From Octopus sinensis (Eukaryota), in NCBI RefSeq assembly GCF_006345805.1, contig NW_021827271.1, positions 1-10,822 of the forward strand: a stretch of 10,822 bases of DNA. Reading direction: 5' to 3'. Under the pieces are notes generated by a model. It ran no database searches. It saw only the letters and a list, made by a program, of their open reading frames with translations, and was not told the DNA's origin. Position numbers and translations under genes: made by a program. This document shows, one piece after another, positions 8,723 through 10,822 of this stretch; the first letter of the stretch is position 1; each line of letters opens with the position of its first letter.

Positions 8723-9230
8723 TATATTAAATTAGAGATAAAACCACTATTAGGCAAATCAACAATGAAAAACTTAAGCCAATATATAAGATTAATTAAT
8801 TTATATTATTTAATTATATATCAAATTATTAAAAAAGATAATAATATAACACTACGATCGTTTCATGGCTGTTCAATTCTTTAAAATTTTCGAGTTTACA
8901 GTCATTCTTCAGGTGGTTTACATATCTAAAATATAATCAATATTTTTTAGATATAAATAATATGTATAATATAATAATTTTACTTATAATAAACTCTATT
9001 ATCAAATATGATTATATCAAAATCGACTATAATGTTAAATATTAATTTTAATTTATAAGGTAGGAAACCCATAATCTATATCAATATTAGTCATATATAA
9101 TTACATAAATATTTAAATGACTAATAATATATAAATTATCAATGAAAATATATATATAAATATTATTACAAGATCTAAAATAATCTCTATAAATAATTGT
9201 ATATAATAAAAACCTAATAAATTTAATATT
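8723..9230 (-). mobile_element. Very AT-rich Penelope-like pseudo-LTR fragment with a hammerhead
   Basis: Contains HHR-4 on the minus strand; bounded by (TA)n on the left and (TG)n on the right. Boundaries are inferred from composition. Confidence 0.55.
8847..8920 (-). ncRNA. Type I hammerhead ribozyme motif with intact core (HHR-4)
   Basis: Minus strand: cac-CUGAAGA (8912-8906), stem II augacugu/acagccau (7 of 8 pairs, 25-nt loop), GAAA (8864-8861), CGAUCG-UA, gug. Stem III is the palindrome ACGAUCGU; GUA triplet with predicted cleavage between 8853 and 8852. Confidence 0.8.
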
Positions 9231-9305
9231 GTGTGTGTGTATGTCAGTGTATATGTGTATGTAGGTGTATGGTTATGTGAATGTGTGCGCGCGTGTGTGC
9301 GTGTT
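9230..9305. repeat. Degenerate (TG)n microsatellite
   Basis: Directly visible. Confidence 0.85.
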
Positions 9306-9569
9306 TGTTTAGGAGTACATTATCTTTGCGTAGGTTTTGTTCTTTGCTTTCAGTGATAGGAAGACGGCAATACTGGAGCATCCCATTGAAAGATATTCGT
9401 CAATTTTTGACATGATGCGAGTTTTCTCCCTTACCTGTTTTGAGAGTAATTTTGATACATTTGATTACTCACACTAAATTTGGTAGGATGAGACTAATTA
9501 TATGTTAATCATGCAGAAGGCACCCTTGGAAAAATTTATAATGCCTGTATTATAATTTTCCTAATCAAT

Positions 9570-10822
9570 AAATCAGATTCTTTCACAGCTCCCTATCTGG
9601 TGCAAGATTTTCCCAGGGGTTAGTATCGATATTGGTCTCTTTAAGTTCATCTTTAAGACAGTTTCTCAAACCATTGCATGGCTTGCACTGAAGACGTTTT
9701 CCTTGCTTCAACTCACCATAAAACGTTCTTTAAACGGAGAAGATGATCAGAACCTCTAAGCAGCTTTTCATAATCATAGACTTATCTTTTCGCCAGCTGC
9801 ACTACTCTTGATTTAGGTAGATGAGATCGTCATGGTATCTTCAGGATACCATGAATCGGTGTATATCCAGACGTCGGGTATATCCGTGGAAGGTCATCCA
9901 GGTCTCGCATCAATAAACAGCGCTGTTAAGACTCATGCTTGATACGATCTCAACTTTCGTTGCTGCTTTCAAGTCCGATTGCAGCCAGAACTTCGATTCA
10001 AGCTTTCCAAAGGCATTCACAAGCCTTAGACAATCTATAACTGACCTCCTCGTCATGTGTGCTAAATCTAGATAGCGAGACACCAAGGTAGCCATGTGTA
10101 TTTCCGACTTTTAACTTTTTACCCTCGACGTACATCAAGGGTGGGGTGTATGGCTTGCCCGATGCAGGCTGTAGCATGGCCACGACCTTCTTAAGAGTGA
10201 TTGTTAGTCCAAATCCATCACACACAGCTGAAAAGCAGTCCATTAGGTTGTGCAGCTCCATCCCCAATGTGGGTTACGAGATCACAATAATCAGCGTAAA
10301 GGAGTTCACCAATGAGAAGCCATGGGAGTTTTTATTACTGCAGTAAAACGACGGATGTTGAAAAGCTTCCTTGTTGTACGGTACCGGATGCAGACACCAG
10401 CATCACTAAGCGCAAAGGCTTGCGAGATAAAAATAGCAAAGAAGAATAGCAAAGAAGAGATGGAATGAGTTCTGTGAACTTCTCTGGTCATCTCAGTTTG
10501 AGAAGGGCACCTATAGAGTGTACGATGTCAAAGGTCTTGGTAAGCTCAATGGAACATCGGTACAGATGAGGTTGTTGCTTTGTGCTCTTCTCTCGAACCT
10601 GTCGGGTTGTAAGCAGCAGTCCTATCAGTCGTGTTTCAATTTGGACGAAATCTACATTATGGAAGAACGTCCAGTGCAACATGGTCCAGCAGTCGTTTGA
10701 GGAGTATCCTTGCAAAGGTTTCGCCAACATCTGACAACAGAGAGATCAAACGTTATCACATATGTCTTTGAATCCTTTCTTATACAAAGAAACGAGAATT
10801 TCATCCCCGCCAAACTTGTAGG
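9570..10822 (-). mobile_element. Decayed RTE-clade (BovB-like) LINE reverse transcriptase region, running off the window edge
   Basis: Frameshifted peptides in the expected order: TRQVREKSTKQQPHLYRCSIELTKTFDIV; GVCIRYRTTRKLFNIRRF; ELLYADY (YADD motif, 10287-10298); MDCFSAVCDGFGLTITLKK..QPASGKPYTPP..YLG; AFGKLESKFW; CETW; FYGELKQGKR..WENLAPDR. All match RTE-type ORF motifs. Confidence 0.92.

Noticed and set aside
9830-9854. Perfect 10-bp hairpin tcatggtatc/gataccatga containing ctgaaga on the minus strand
   Set aside because: Lies in RTE coding-derived sequence (GILKIP*), with no GAAA or stem arrangement for a hammerhead and no basis for a terminator in this context.

Overview
Repeat-dominated eukaryotic non-coding DNA with no intact host gene. 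The SINE set and microsatellite load look like a coleoid cephalopod, probably Octopus; this is recognition from memory, not a database result. Most long ORFs in the track are microsatellite artefacts. Contents: three tRNA-headed SINE families in several copies (two with clean TSDs, one nested in another SINE); a Tc1/mariner-type MITE (1723-2884) with several nested insertions; a decayed Tc1/mariner transposase fragment; a solo mariner TIR; a ~550 bp element embedded in (ATT)n; a ~1 kb ATT/ATC array; and a decayed RTE-clade LINE running off the right edge. The main signal is four sequence-unrelated minimal type I hammerhead ribozyme motifs (~2058-2103 +, ~4713-4775 -, ~8551-8585 +, ~8847-8920 -). 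Each lies in a short non-coding element resembling a Penelope-like pseudo-LTR or retrozyme fragment, and two lie inside fold-back structures.
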